Origin: an uncultured Pseudobdellovibrionaceae bacterium | Lineage (GTDB): Bacteria > Bdellovibrionota > Bdellovibrionia > Bdellovibrionales > JAGQZY01 | Reading direction: 5' to 3' | Length of the DNA: 64,000 nucleotides | NCBI GenBank assembly: GCA_964400355.1 | Contig: CAYNTO010000001.1 | Coordinates: 430,019-494,018 of the forward strand | In this document: positions 26,053 to 36,373 of the stretch, piece by piece | How the letters are laid out: the number at the start of each line of letters is the position of its first letter | Numbering within the stretch: the stretch's first letter is position 1 | Notes under the pieces: model-generated | What the model was told of the DNA's origin: nothing | The model's database searches: none | Seen by the model: only the letters and a program-made list of their open reading frames with translations | Program-made: the position numbers and the translations under genes

Positions 26053-26952
26053 ATGATTTCAATCTATGACAGATATATTCAGTTCTTCCCAGAAAATTCG
26101 CGAGATGCGCTAAAGTCCTTGTTGCGATCCATCGAAACGGTTCTTTTGCCTTCGGAAGCGCATTTGGCTACTAAAGTTCTCCGTCGCGAGAACACAATCG
26201 TCGTATTGGAAAAAGGTGGAATGATCGAGTGTTTGCCTTTGATCGCCCTGGGTTTTCAACACTTTCTGCATTCATCCCGTGAGGACTTTTCACAGGAGCT
26301 TCTGGCCACCGCGATTATGATCAGCAAACCCAAATCATTCGCGAACGATCCGTTCGCTTTCTTTTTTAACGGACTTCGTGCATCTCCCGATCCGGCTCAC
26401 CAAAATATGCGCTGTACGTTTTCGAAAAACTCGGAAAAGTTGGCTCAACTTCAAAAGTTGGATGAGTTTTTAAAAACGCATCCCAAGGGTGCACGTCTTT
26501 CCGAGGTGATTGTGCAAGTGGCCGACGAGATGATCAGCAACGCTTTGTTCAGTGCACCCCGCGACAGACAGAATTTGGCTATGTATCAACATTTGCCCAG
26601 AACAAGCGATGTGAGCATGGCCGAAGGAAAAGAAGTGACTTTTTTTTCCTCCATGAATGATGAGCGCATCATTGTTGGTTGCGAAGACCTGTACGGCAGT
26701 ATGGACAGGGATCACATCATTAAAAATTTAAAGCGCATTTTTGATGGAGAACTCACAAAACCACACATGGGTTCCGCCGGCGCCGGTTTTGGCCTCCGCT
26801 ACATGATCGAAAACTCAGCCAGTTTTTACATGTACTGTGAACGCAACACGCGATCGGTGGTGGCTTGTGGATTCCTGCTCAAGGGAATGCGCTCGAACCT
26901 CACCATCGATCGCCATCTGCATATCGGGATACCCCAAGCGCCTCAGTTTTAG
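26053..26952 (+). CDS. RsbW/SpoIIAB/SiaB-like serine kinase (HATPase_c-like) with unknown N-terminal domain
   Basis: Track ORF 25843..26952 trimmed to ATG 26053 (MISIYDRYIQ). N-box-like VADEMISNALFSAP and G2-box-like GSAGAGFGLRYMIENS. The N-terminal 130 aa or so are unassigned. Confidence 0.6.
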   Translation: MISIYDRYIQFFPENSRDALKSLLRSIETVLLPSEAHLATKVLRRENTIVVLEKGGMIECLPLIALGFQHFLHSSREDFSQELLATAIMISKPKSFANDPFAFFFNGLRASPDPAHQNMRCTFSKNSEKLAQLQKLDEFLKTHPKGARLSEVIVQVADEMISNALFSAPRDRQNLAMYQHLPRTSDVSMAEGKEVTFFSSMNDERIIVGCEDLYGSMDRDHIIKNLKRIFDGELTKPHMGSAGAGFGLRYMIENSASFYMYCERNTRSVVACGFLLKGMRSNLTIDRHLHIGIPQAPQF

Positions 26953-26954
26953 AC

Positions 26955-26997
26955 CTTCCTAGAGTGAAAGCTCTATCACTTTCCGTGTAGCCGTGCG
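26955..26997 (+). repeat. 43-nt direct repeat, copy B (pairs with 14344..14386)
   Basis: CTTCCTAGAGTGAAAGCTCTATCACTTTCCGTGTAGCCGTGCG. It begins 3 nt after a stop codon, just as copy A does. Confidence 0.6.
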
Positions 26998-27018
26998 TGC
27001 AAACGCGCGGCTATTTTT
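26991..27018 (+). terminator. rho-independent terminator (weaker)
   Basis: CCGTGCG-TGCAAA-CGCGCGG stem (one G-U pair) followed by CTATTTTT. Confidence 0.5.
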
Positions 27019-27070
27019 AGCTAAAAGGGGCGTCACGTTTTGGTCGAATCGCGGTGGAGCGGCAGCGAAC

Positions 27071-28483
27071 TTATTGCGGTTTAAAGCGATAGATATGGCC
27101 ATCTCGCGAACCCACTACAATATGACCATTCCATACGGCGGGAGTGCTCTCGATGCAGCCTCCCGATTGCATTTTGAAGTGGCTCAACTCTTGGGGCGCC
27201 ATCGGGTTGTCGATGTTGTAGATTTTAAATCCACCGGGAGAGCATGTACCCACGAGCAAGCGATTGCCGATAACGATCGGCGACGACCAGGCGTGGAAGC
27301 CGATATCGAGAGTGGAGACGACCTCACCAGTTTCTTTGCTCACAGTGAGGAGATCGCCTTTGTGGGTGGCGGCGTAAATCACATCTTTACCAAGGGCGGG
27401 TGTGGCCCACAAACCGCCGACAGTGTTGTTGCCGGTGCGCACGTCGACCTTCCAGACGAGGGGGTTTTCTTTGTCGTACGGGTTGAGTTTTACCAGCTGG
27501 CCCACATCACGCGCTTGTTTGAGGAATCGCTCGTATTCGGCGGCCACATAAACAAAGCCATCGCTGTCCACCATCGGTGTGGCGTCCACATCATCGCCCA
27601 TCCAAAAATCGAACACGATTTCTGGTAAAAGATCTTTCACGTTTTTCAGATCTACGCCGAGTACACGACCCGCAGAGTTGGTCATGTACACGCGGCTTTC
27701 AAAAAGGGCCACAGAACTTTCGATGCTCGCGTTGCGATCGCCCGCATTTTGCAGCAGTTCTTTGTTCCAACCGCGCATACGCGCCTGAATCTCGGGCTTT
27801 ACACTCACTTTTCCCTGAGCATCCATTTGACGATTTAACTTCCAAGTGTAGAACCATCCGTTTTCGCCGCCGAAGATAAGATGATCGTTCACCACCGAAG
27901 AGTTACCATCCCAATCGTTGTTCCAAATGGTTTCGGGCACGCCGTCTTTAGCGTCGAGCGCCCAAATAAGTTCGGCCTCTTGGTTTTGCAGAGAGAGAAT
28001 GCGGTATTTGTTATCGCGCGAACCAAAGTACATCAGCGGAAAGCCATTGGGGTCGATGGTCACTGAGCCTTTGATGATGTCGCCGGTTTTGAATGGCTTG
28101 CGCGTGGCCTCGCCGGTTTCGAAATCGATAAAGTGGACGGAGCGATCATAAGTGCCAACGATAATTTCCATGCGGCCATCGGGGCGTTTCCAAATAGCGG
28201 GTTGGCCCGTCCATCCGCTGCCACACCAGGTTTTCCCATCGGATTGCGCACACATTCCACTTTTCGGGTAACGCCAATCCACTTGGTAGGCGTCGGCGAG
28301 CGGTCCTTGCCCGTACCAAGTGCGCGTGGGGTTGCCACGAAACTGGAGCAAACCTTCTGCCTCACCCCAAGGTTGTCCTACACTAGAAGGGGCGACATAC
28401 ACGTCGATCGCAAGCGCAGAAATAGAAAAGGAAAAACCAGCAAGAGCGAGAGATATTTTTTTAAGCATGAGCAATTTGTACAT
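27071..28483 (-). CDS. secreted PQQ-like / BamB-like beta-propeller repeat protein
   Basis: Signal peptide LALAGFSFSISALA. Repeated W/G-rich blades (GQPAIW, GGENGWFYTW, VGGLWATPA, VVGSRDGHIYRF) typical of PQQ-like propellers. Confidence 0.7.
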   Translation of the reverse strand: MYKLLMLKKISLALAGFSFSISALAIDVYVAPSSVGQPWGEAEGLLQFRGNPTRTWYGQGPLADAYQVDWRYPKSGMCAQSDGKTWCGSGWTGQPAIWKRPDGRMEIIVGTYDRSVHFIDFETGEATRKPFKTGDIIKGSVTIDPNGFPLMYFGSRDNKYRILSLQNQEAELIWALDAKDGVPETIWNNDWDGNSSVVNDHLIFGGENGWFYTWKLNRQMDAQGKVSVKPEIQARMRGWNKELLQNAGDRNASIESSVALFESRVYMTNSAGRVLGVDLKNVKDLLPEIVFDFWMGDDVDATPMVDSDGFVYVAAEYERFLKQARDVGQLVKLNPYDKENPLVWKVDVRTGNNTVGGLWATPALGKDVIYAATHKGDLLTVSKETGEVVSTLDIGFHAWSSPIVIGNRLLVGTCSPGGFKIYNIDNPMAPQELSHFKMQSGGCIESTPAVWNGHIVVGSRDGHIYRFKPQ

Positions 28484-28554
28484 CGCGCGCGGTGGGTCCG
28501 AAAGAGGCGGTGAAATCTCTCTAGGAGTGTCTAAAGTTTAGGAAGTGGGCGTGT

Positions 28555-28579
28555 GTTCACTTCCGTAGCGGAAGTGAAC
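28555..28579. repeat. REP-like palindrome, extended copy
   Basis: GTTCACTTCCG-TAG-CGGAAGTGAAC, with perfect 11-bp arms, intergenic. A half-site GGAAGTGGG sits just upstream at about 28541. Confidence 0.65.
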
Positions 28580-28711
28580 GTGAGGGCTATCTAGCTAAAA
28601 TCATAAAAGATTTGCGAATTGTCGCTGCTATTTCCAGATTCCATTTTTCGCCCACGAACATAAACGCCAGCGAAGATCACTGCCGTTCGATCTTCAAACT
28701 GGAACCGGATA

Positions 28712-28734
28712 TTCACCACCGTAGCGGAAGTGAA
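28712..28734. repeat. REP-like palindrome, degenerate copy
   Basis: TTCACCACCGTAGCGGAAGTGAA, with the left arm carrying 2 mismatches. Further half-sites lie at about 28762 (CGTTGAAGTGAA) and about 28795 (CACCCGCTACGGATGG). Confidence 0.5.
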
Positions 28735-28822
28735 GGTGTTCAAAAGGAATGCGCATTGCCGCCGTTGAAGTGAATGAATGAGCGTGCGTGTGTACACCCG
28801 CTACGGATGGCGCAGCTCTAAA

Positions 28823-28843
28823 CCAAAAGGTGCCTGGCACCTT
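28823..28843 (-). terminator. alaS terminator
   Basis: The minus strand reads AAGGTGCCAGGCACCTTTT, a hairpin plus T-run, about 25 nt after the alaS stop. The same 19-mer forms the recA terminator. Confidence 0.7.
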
Positions 28844-28867
28844 ACGTTTTTGGCACCTGACGGGCGA

Positions 28868-31537
<2,670 letters not shown>

Positions 31538-31546
31538 GACGTGTCC

Positions 31547-31990
31547 TTAAAATTCGCCAATGATTTTGGCGACTGTTTGGGTGTCGAAACCGCGGTTCTT
31601 TAAAAACTGCGCGATCTTTATTTTGTCAGTTTCATTTTTATCTGCCGGATTGGATTTTGACAATTTGGAAAAGTGCGATTGGAGCAGTTTTTGGGCTTTT
31701 TCCAGTTCCAGTTCTGCGTCAATCGGCAGTGGGGGCAGACCCTTGGCTTCGAGATATTGCACAATGTACAAATAGCCCTTGTTTTTGCGATGGAGTGCTT
31801 CTGTCACCTTGGCGGCCATTTTTTCGTTAGAAAGCAACCAGCCGGCCGCCTCGGCGGCATCGAGCGCATGGGCGATCTCATTTTCCGAATACTCTAGTCG
31901 TTGCAGCTTAGTGGTGAGATCTTGGCGGGAGTGGTCGCTAATGGCGAGATAATCTATGATCTTGTCGCGCGCGGATTTTTTAACTTTCAT
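31547..31990 (-). CDS. recX: recombination regulator RecX
   Basis: Three-repeat helical protein, e.g. SRQDLTTKLQRLEYSENEIAHALDAAEAAGWL and KIAQFLKNRGFDTQTV. Start taken at ATG 31990 (MKVKK). A TTG at 32026 would overlap pilT by 23 nt. Confidence 0.7.
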   Translation of the reverse strand: MKVKKSARDKIIDYLAISDHSRQDLTTKLQRLEYSENEIAHALDAAEAAGWLLSNEKMAAKVTEALHRKNKGYLYIVQYLEAKGLPPLPIDAELELEKAQKLLQSHFSKLSKSNPADKNETDKIKIAQFLKNRGFDTQTVAKIIGEF

Positions 31991-32003
31991 GAGTGTGGAG
32001 ATC

Positions 32004-33185
32004 TCATGACTTCTTTTTGATATCAATCTCTAGTTTAGAGCCTTCAGTTTTCCAAGTGGAGCTGATGCCAGTGGATGTATTTATATTTTCTTCCCAGTCG
32101 GACTGGACGCCCGACTGGATCCCTTTGAGTTTGAGATTGAAATTGTCTGGGTTGCTACAGTTGGCCAGCGCTTCCTCGATGGTCACGTAACCTTTGGCAA
32201 CCAGCTTGAGCAAGCTTTGGTCGAAACTACGCATACCCGATTCTTTAGCACTGGTTTCCAGTGCGTCGCGAATGCCGCCTGTTTTTTCTGGATCTTCGAT
32301 CATTTCTTTTACGCGTTGGTTATTCACTAAAATTTCCGTGGCGGGAATTAAACCTTGGCCATCTTTGCGCGTGAGTAGGCGTTGGCTCACCACAGCCTTT
32401 AAAACCGCAGCCAGTTGGCGCCGCACTTGTTCGTGTTGATGCGGGGGAAATTGCGCGATGATGCGGTTGATGGTTTCTTGCGCATCCATGGTGTGCAGAG
32501 TGGAAAACACCAAGTGACCGGTTTCGGCGGCGAGCATCGCGGTTTCGATCGTCTCTCTGTCGCGCATCTCGCCGAGTAAAATCACATCCGGGTCTTGGCG
32601 AAGAGTGGCGCGCATAGAATCCGAAAAAGAACGCATATCCACACCCAACTCGCGCTGAGAGACAATACTTTTGCGATCCTTAATGAGATATTCAATGGGA
32701 TCTTCCAGAGTAATGATGTGCAAATTCTTTGTTTGATTGATGTGATTGACCATCGCCGCAAGTGTCGTCGATTTTCCGCTCCCCGTAACGCCCGTCACTA
32801 GCACCAGGCCGCGTTCGTTCTCGGCAATGTACTTTACTGTTTGCGGGAGGTGGAGTTCGTCGATGGTGGGTACATTCTGATTGATCACGCGAATGACAAA
32901 GCGGGTGGAGCTGCGTTGGCGAAAAACGTTCACGCGAAAGCGCGCCACACCTTTTATCTCTAAACCCTTGTCCAACTCGAGGTGCTCCGCCAAGCGGCGC
33001 AGTTCCTCTGGTGTGAGAATGGACTGTACCATTTTTTCCATTTGTTCTGCGGTGATTGGGAACGACTGCGGACTGAGAGGACGAAGCATTCCGAACTTAC
33101 GCACTACCGGTACGAGTCCGACTTTTAGATGAATATCGCTTGCGCCCAGTTCGGCCGCTTGTTTGAGAATATCGTTCATTTCCAT
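32004..33185 (-). CDS. pilT: type IV pilus retraction ATPase PilT family
   Basis: ELGASDIHLKVG N-terminus, Walker A GVTGSGKSTTLAAM, Asp box, Walker B ILLGEMRD and His box TGHLVFSTLHT. Start at MEMNDIL (33185, or 33179). Track ORF extends to 33302. Confidence 0.85.
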   Translation of the reverse strand: MEMNDILKQAAELGASDIHLKVGLVPVVRKFGMLRPLSPQSFPITAEQMEKMVQSILTPEELRRLAEHLELDKGLEIKGVARFRVNVFRQRSSTRFVIRVINQNVPTIDELHLPQTVKYIAENERGLVLVTGVTGSGKSTTLAAMVNHINQTKNLHIITLEDPIEYLIKDRKSIVSQRELGVDMRSFSDSMRATLRQDPDVILLGEMRDRETIETAMLAAETGHLVFSTLHTMDAQETINRIIAQFPPHQHEQVRRQLAAVLKAVVSQRLLTRKDGQGLIPATEILVNNQRVKEMIEDPEKTGGIRDALETSAKESGMRSFDQSLLKLVAKGYVTIEEALANCSNPDNFNLKLKGIQSGVQSDWEENINTSTGISSTWKTEGSKLEIDIKKKS

Positions 33186-33351
33186 AGGGCTGATCTCATT
33201 ATTGCGATAAGGACAAGCAGTGTCGACAACATTTTTAGACGAAGCCCAGAGAACACCTTTGCGACGCGAGCTCTCGGCGCTTGATTTCATGTCGGTACTC
33301 ATCGATTCTCTGAACTTGCGCTCAAACGCGGGGGATTTTATTCATAGGTTA

Positions 33352-33792
33352 ATGCACAAAATCAGCACCTTCTTGGCCAAGGGTCTAGGTTTGGGCTACA
33401 TTCCGTGGGCGCCGGGCACTTGGGGCAGCCTTTTGGGAGTTTTGCTGGTACATTTCTTAGGAAATAATTTGTGGCTGTGCCTTGCTGTTTTTCTATTGAG
33501 CTACATAATTATTTGGCACTACGAATCCCGCGCGAAGACGCACGATGAATCGCAGGTGGTGATTGACGAAATATCAGGCATCTTTTTTACGTTCTTGTTT
33601 GTGCCTCTTTCGTTGCCCATTCTGGCAGCAGGTTTTGTGCTCTTCCGTATTTTCGATATATTCAAGCCATTTCCAGTGGGTTGGGTCGATCGCAATATGG
33701 GCGGATCATTAGGCACCCTTTTAGATGACGTGATTGCAGGCGCTATGAGTTGCCTCTGCCTGCAAATCGTTATTTATTTGCAGTGGCTATGA
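33352..33792 (+). CDS. pgpA: phosphatidylglycerophosphatase A
   Basis: GLGYIPWAPGTWGSLLGV and DEISG motifs in a polytopic membrane protein. Start at ATG 33352 (MHKISTFLAKGLG). Confidence 0.8.
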   Translation: MHKISTFLAKGLGLGYIPWAPGTWGSLLGVLLVHFLGNNLWLCLAVFLLSYIIIWHYESRAKTHDESQVVIDEISGIFFTFLFVPLSLPILAAGFVLFRIFDIFKPFPVGWVDRNMGGSLGTLLDDVIAGAMSCLCLQIVIYLQWL

Positions 33793-34271
33793 TAGAAGAC
33801 ATCGTTAAAGAATTGAGCGCGAGAGGGCAAACCGTGTTTTGCGCGGAGAGCTGCACCAGTGGAAAACTGGCGGCGGCGTTCGGCGATATTCCTGGCGTGT
33901 CGCGTGTATTTTTAGGTTCCCTTGTTGCGTATTCCAATGCAATAAAGGAAGATGTGTTGGGCGTTAAATCCGCCACAGTAAAGAGTTTGGGAGCCGTAAG
34001 CGCTCCGACCGCAATCGAAATGGCACGACGGGCGAAAGTGCTTTCGAAGGCGACGTGGACTCTGGCCGTTACCGGAATTGCCGGTCCGTCTGGAGGATCT
34101 GTGGAGAAACCCGTGGGCACGGTTTTCTTCGCCATCGTTGGCCCAGGTGTTGAAGAGTGGGTCAAGTGCCGGTTCGACGGCGATCGCGCACAAGTGCAAG
34201 ACAAAGCCGTAGAGTACGCTATCAATTTATTAAACACTTACCTATTTAGGGGGAAGAATTATGGACGCTAA
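33789..34271 (+). CDS. CinA-family nicotinamide-nucleotide amidohydrolase domain protein
   Basis: [20 protein letters not shown]...[17 protein letters not shown]...GAVS signature of the CinA C-terminal (PncC) domain. ATGA overlap with the pgpA stop. The 3' end overlaps the recA start by 11 nt. Confidence 0.8.
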   Translation: MIEDIVKELSARGQTVFCAESCTSGKLAAAFGDIPGVSRVFLGSLVAYSNAIKEDVLGVKSATVKSLGAVSAPTAIEMARRAKVLSKATWTLAVTGIAGPSGGSVEKPVGTVFFAIVGPGVEEWVKCRFDGDRAQVQDKAVEYAINLLNTYLFRGKNYGR

Positions 34272-35415
34272 AAATAAATCAGACAAATTGGAAAAGTTAA
34301 AAGCTTTAGACCTGGCCGTATCCACTATCGAAAAACAATTCGGTAAAGGTTCGATCATGCGTTTGGGCTTAAACGAAAAACTCCACGACAATGTTGCCGT
34401 TATTCCATCGGGTGCATTGAGCTTGGATCTGGCTCTTGGAATTGGTGGCTACCCACGCGGTCGCATCGTCGAGATCTACGGACCTGAGAGCTCGGGCAAA
34501 ACAACGTTGGCTCTAACCGCCATCGCTGAATCACAAAAATTGGGTGGCGTGGCCGCTTTCGTCGATGCAGAGCACGCTTTGGACGTGACCTATGCTCGCA
34601 AACTTGGTGTGAACACTGAAGACGTGTTGATCTCTCAACCCGACACCGGTGAGCAAGCCCTCGAAATCGTAGAAACCCTCGTGCGCTCTGGCGCTATCGA
34701 CATTTTGGTGGTGGATTCTGTGGCAGCACTCACTCCACGTGCCGAGATCGAAGGCGACATGGGCGATAGTCACATGGGTCTTCAAGCGCGTTTGATGTCG
34801 CAAGCTCTTCGTAAGCTCACTGCGGCTATCAACAAGAGCAACTGTACGCTCATCTTCATCAACCAAATTCGTATGAAGATTGGTGTGATGTTTGGTAACC
34901 CTGAGACAACTACAGGTGGTAACGCCCTTAAGTTTTACTCGTCTGTTCGTTTGGATGTACGCCGTATCGGTGCCATCACGTCTGGCGAAGAGACTGTGGG
35001 TAACCGCACAGCTGTCAAAGTGGTGAAGAACAAAATGGCTCCTCCTTTTGCGAAAATTGAATTCGATATTATGTACGGCGAAGGCATTTCGGCCGAAGGC
35101 GACATTTTGGATTTGGGCGTGAAGTTCGAAATCATCGAAAAATCTGGCGCCTGGTACAGCTACCAAGGCGAGCGCATGGGTCAAGGCCGCGATAACTCCA
35201 AAGTTTTCCTCAAAGAAAACCCAAAGATTATGACGGAAGTGCGCAACAAGATCTACGCCCTCAAAGGTATCGCTGTTCAAAAATTGGCAGAAGAGCCAAC
35301 AAAAGACGAGCTCAAAGAGTCGAAGCTCGAGGCCAAAGATGACGCGCCGGCAGCTCCTGCGAAAGAAGGCAAGAAGCCCGCAAAAGCGGGTGCACGTCCG
35401 TCGCCAGCACACTAG
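34261..35415 (+). CDS. recA: recombinase RecA
   Basis: GPESSGKTT Walker A and the canonical core ([15 protein letters not shown]1/L2 loops). 384 aa with an unusual K/P/A-rich C-terminal tail. Confidence 0.97.
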   Translation: MDAKNKSDKLEKLKALDLAVSTIEKQFGKGSIMRLGLNEKLHDNVAVIPSGALSLDLALGIGGYPRGRIVEIYGPESSGKTTLALTAIAESQKLGGVAAFVDAEHALDVTYARKLGVNTEDVLISQPDTGEQALEIVETLVRSGAIDILVVDSVAALTPRAEIEGDMGDSHMGLQARLMSQALRKLTAAINKSNCTLIFINQIRMKIGVMFGNPETTTGGNALKFYSSVRLDVRRIGAITSGEETVGNRTAVKVVKNKMAPPFAKIEFDIMYGEGISAEGDILDLGVKFEIIEKSGAWYSYQGERMGQGRDNSKVFLKENPKIMTEVRNKIYALKGIAVQKLAEEPTKDELKESKLEAKDDAPAAPAKEGKKPAKAGARPSPAH

Positions 35416-35420
35416 TCCGA

Positions 35421-35439
35421 AAGGTGCCAGGCACCTTTT
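35421..35439 (+). terminator. recA terminator
   Basis: AAGGTGCC-A-GGCACCTT followed by TT(A), 6 nt after the recA stop. Identical 19-mer to the alaS terminator. Confidence 0.7.
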
Positions 35440-35455
35440 AGTCTAGCAACGCGTC

Positions 35456-35607
35456 GGTTGCGTCTCTATTCTGCGCTTTTAGTATTTTGCATTTTGAGCG
35501 GACGGCCATCCATGGCCTGCGCACTCGTCGGCGTTGCCGATCGCGTCCCGCTCTCGTGAGCCCGCTCTAAATACAAAATACTAAAAGCGCAGAATAGAGA
35601 CGCAACC
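35456..35607. repeat. long inverted repeat (34-bp perfect cores, about 46-bp arms with 2 mismatches, about 60-84-nt spacer)
   Basis: Left core 35456..35489 is GGTTGCGTCTCTATTCTGCGCTTTTAGTATTTTG. Right core 35574..35607 is its exact reverse complement, verified base by base. Confidence 0.85.
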
Positions 35608-36023
35608 TTTATTGCGTGGGAGGGCGGGTGTTGGGTTGGAGCCGGACTCGCGCGAAGCGTTCAGTATTTTGACGATTACAAGGTTGTAGAGTGCGGTAAA
35701 ATCTCCACCCATCGGGTGTCCTTGTTTAAGTATTTATATTTACTAAATCATAAACAATATTGATTAACAACTAAGGTTAATTCAAAAATGATGCGAAGAT
35801 GAGAAAGCCAGCACGAACGAGTCTTGTCGGCGGCGCATGGCATTTAAATCTATTTAACGATTAAAAAAATTTTATCTATTCTTCTAGACTGTACGAGGGG
35901 ACTAAAAGCAAATATTAGCTTTGCCAATATAAACTTTTCTAATTTACTATAGAAACACAAATTGAGTTTACTAAAGACGACCACGCAGGACGCGTGTTCT
36001 GGCAGTGGGTTCAGGAGTGCAAC

Positions 36024-36344
36024 ATGGATGTTCTGTTGGTTTTGATGTTGGTGGGTTTGACAGGGTTGTCATTGAGATACATCCGAGCTGTACGCCGTCT
36101 TAAAAAGGCAGAGATGCAGTTAGAGCAAGTTTTTCAGGAACAGTTTCCCGACGAGCAAGTGCGACTCGGGGGACTCGCGCGCTACCGTCAGTACAACAAC
36201 TTACTCAACACCGATGAGTCCCGGGCTCTACTCAATGAAGCGGAAAAGTGGATTCGTCGCTCGCAGCTCAAATTTTCATTGGCGCTTACGGTCGCGCTGT
36301 TATGGATCATTTGCTACGTGTGGACTTACGGTATTGCCGGTTAA
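36024..36344 (+). CDS. small two-TM membrane protein (hypothetical)
   Basis: ATG 36024 preceded by AGGAG at 7 nt. MDVLLVLMLVGLTGLSL and LALTVALLWIICYVWTYGIAG hydrophobic ends flank a charged helix. No family recognised. Confidence 0.4.
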   Translation: MDVLLVLMLVGLTGLSLRYIRAVRRLKKAEMQLEQVFQEQFPDEQVRLGGLARYRQYNNLLNTDESRALLNEAEKWIRRSQLKFSLALTVALLWIICYVWTYGIAG

Positions 36345-36373
36345 CAAGTCCTGCAATGGCTGCTGCGCGCATT

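Noticed and set aside
26993-27628. 211-aa plus-strand ORF overlapping the beta-propeller gene
   Set aside because: It is antisense to a gene with a signal peptide and repeated propeller blades, and it starts inside the repeat/terminator element.
33186-34260. LexA/SOS box near recA and the divergent pilT/pgpA promoter region
   Set aside because: I looked for the TTAC-N3-GTAA type motif reported for Bdellovibrio and for CTGT-N8-ACAG. I found only a half-site (TTACCTATTTAG at about 34238).
34531-35412. 293-aa ORF antisense to recA
   Set aside because: It lies entirely inside the unmistakable recA coding region on the other strand. The translation is low-complexity with no motifs, a typical shadow ORF.
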